Positions 36,476 through 37,871 of a stretch of DNA of 37,871 nt are shown piece after piece (the first letter of the stretch is position 1; each line of letters opens with the position of its first letter). The translations under genes were made by a program, and so were the position numbers. Location: assembly GCA_002633005.1 (NCBI GenBank), contig NMRA01000575.1, positions 51,870-89,740 on the forward strand. The letters run 5' to 3'. The DNA is from Phoronis australis. Its lineage: Eukaryota > Animalia > Phoronida. The notes beneath the pieces are model-generated. The model had not been told where the DNA came from, did no database searches, and saw only the letters and a program-made list of their open reading frames with translations.

Positions 36476-37871
36476 GGCTCACTTTTTTTCTAATTATAAG
36501 CCCTGAAGTTTATATGGTGCCATTAAAATTCCTTTAATTTTTCATTTTCCTAAACAACGCACATGGGCTCATCTACGGAAAGTCCTGATACGAGTGCAAG
36601 CCAAACGGTACTTAGGTATAAATTATTTTATGTAAGATATATTGCTTAGTCCTCATTATCATATTCTTTGGATTTTCGGGTAAGTGATACTCTTCGTTTC
36701 CCCTGTATCAGTTCAATTGTACCACGTGATTTCTTTGTCTCGTGGCAACACTGTGTCATCATCCATAATTCTTTTCAAATTTGTATTTTCAGTCCATTTA
36801 GAAATAAGTTTTCATCACCCTTTCTCCTATCAAAGGTACCGTACTGTTTTACTATCTAATAATGCCAGATAGTCGTTTGATTTTGGGCAGGTGTTACGTC
36901 CGTCTTCTGGACGCCTATGTTAATTCCCCCTCGGCGACTGACCAGGGCCTGTCCAATCTGGACTTCCACGGGTCTTCTATCAGTGTATCTGTGAACTCTC
37001 TCGGGTTACCCAGGGTCACTTAATCTCAGCCACTGCCCAATTCTCGTCCGGTTTTGTCTTACTACTAATCGTCGAAAACGACCGGTTTAACATTCCCTCT
37101 CTTGTCCCTGGCCCAAGACCCCATTTCAATTTCCGAGTCTATCCTCCAAACTTACCCTTCCTTCCATAACCATTGGTATGGTATTCCAAAGTTTCCAGGA
37201 TCATAGTACACTTAATGTCAGTTGCCAATCCTTAACTTCCACATCAAACGCCTTCTCACTAATCGGGCGTGAACCACACCTGTTTGCGAGCTCTCCCTTT
37301 GTGAAAACAGTGATTCTGTGCAATTTAATTCAGATAAGCCAGAGAATGTAAAAAAATTCTAGGTCAGTATGGATTTTAATTTATTATAAAGTGTTTTCAT
37401 CCAAATGGCAACTGGAGACTTTGTTTATTATGTGCTCATTTCCTCATTTACTTTTCAGGCTGAGGCAAGTCTCACCATCAGGGATGGCAATGTCGTTAGG
37501 TTTGAGTAATAAGTGGTCCTGGCGGTCCGCAATATTTTGGATTATTTAATTCCTACCTGCGCCAACTTCTGTAATAACTTGCAGGGTTGGCTGGACAGTT
37601 TAAGTTGCATGCGACTGCTACGACTGCCAATTGGTTGTTCCGAGTATAAAGCTGTTATCTTTTCACACTTTAACCCACGTTTTGCTCTGCCTTGGCTTTC
37701 CTTAAACACTTATGCACTGCATGCAAACGGTAAATTTAGCGGGAAATTCAACAGTAAAACAGATATTTTGGATTTGCATCAACATTTTGCAAGGCGCGTT
37801 CACTTTTCACCTGATTCCTGCACTGTGAAATATTTTATCAGCTTCTCTTAACATTATTTTGTTTATGAATG

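Overview
AT-rich, intron-rich eukaryotic DNA. The frequent TACATGTA motif and the TE types suggest a marine invertebrate (inference). Almost all ORFs in the track are spurious. Splice-phase reconstruction gives one minus-strand gene spanning at least 18260-33221: a ZU5 domain with an HFS motif, a UPA-like region, a Ser/Thr/Pro linker and a C-terminal death effector domain (DED). This resembles a PIDD1/UNC5CL-type self-cleaving module but ends in a DED instead of a death domain. The 5' end of the gene was not identified. The ZU5 module has one clearly decayed tandem copy (about 28.9-29.5 kb) and a probable older one (about 3.2-4.3 kb). The duplicated 61-nt linker exon may be mutually exclusive with the original. 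The rest of the window is TE-derived: a 6.4-kb TA-flanked TIR element with an empty target site next to it, a MITE, and LINE fragments, plus mini- and microsatellites. Five near-identical tandem duplications each abut a single 'n' and are probably haplotype or assembly overlaps.
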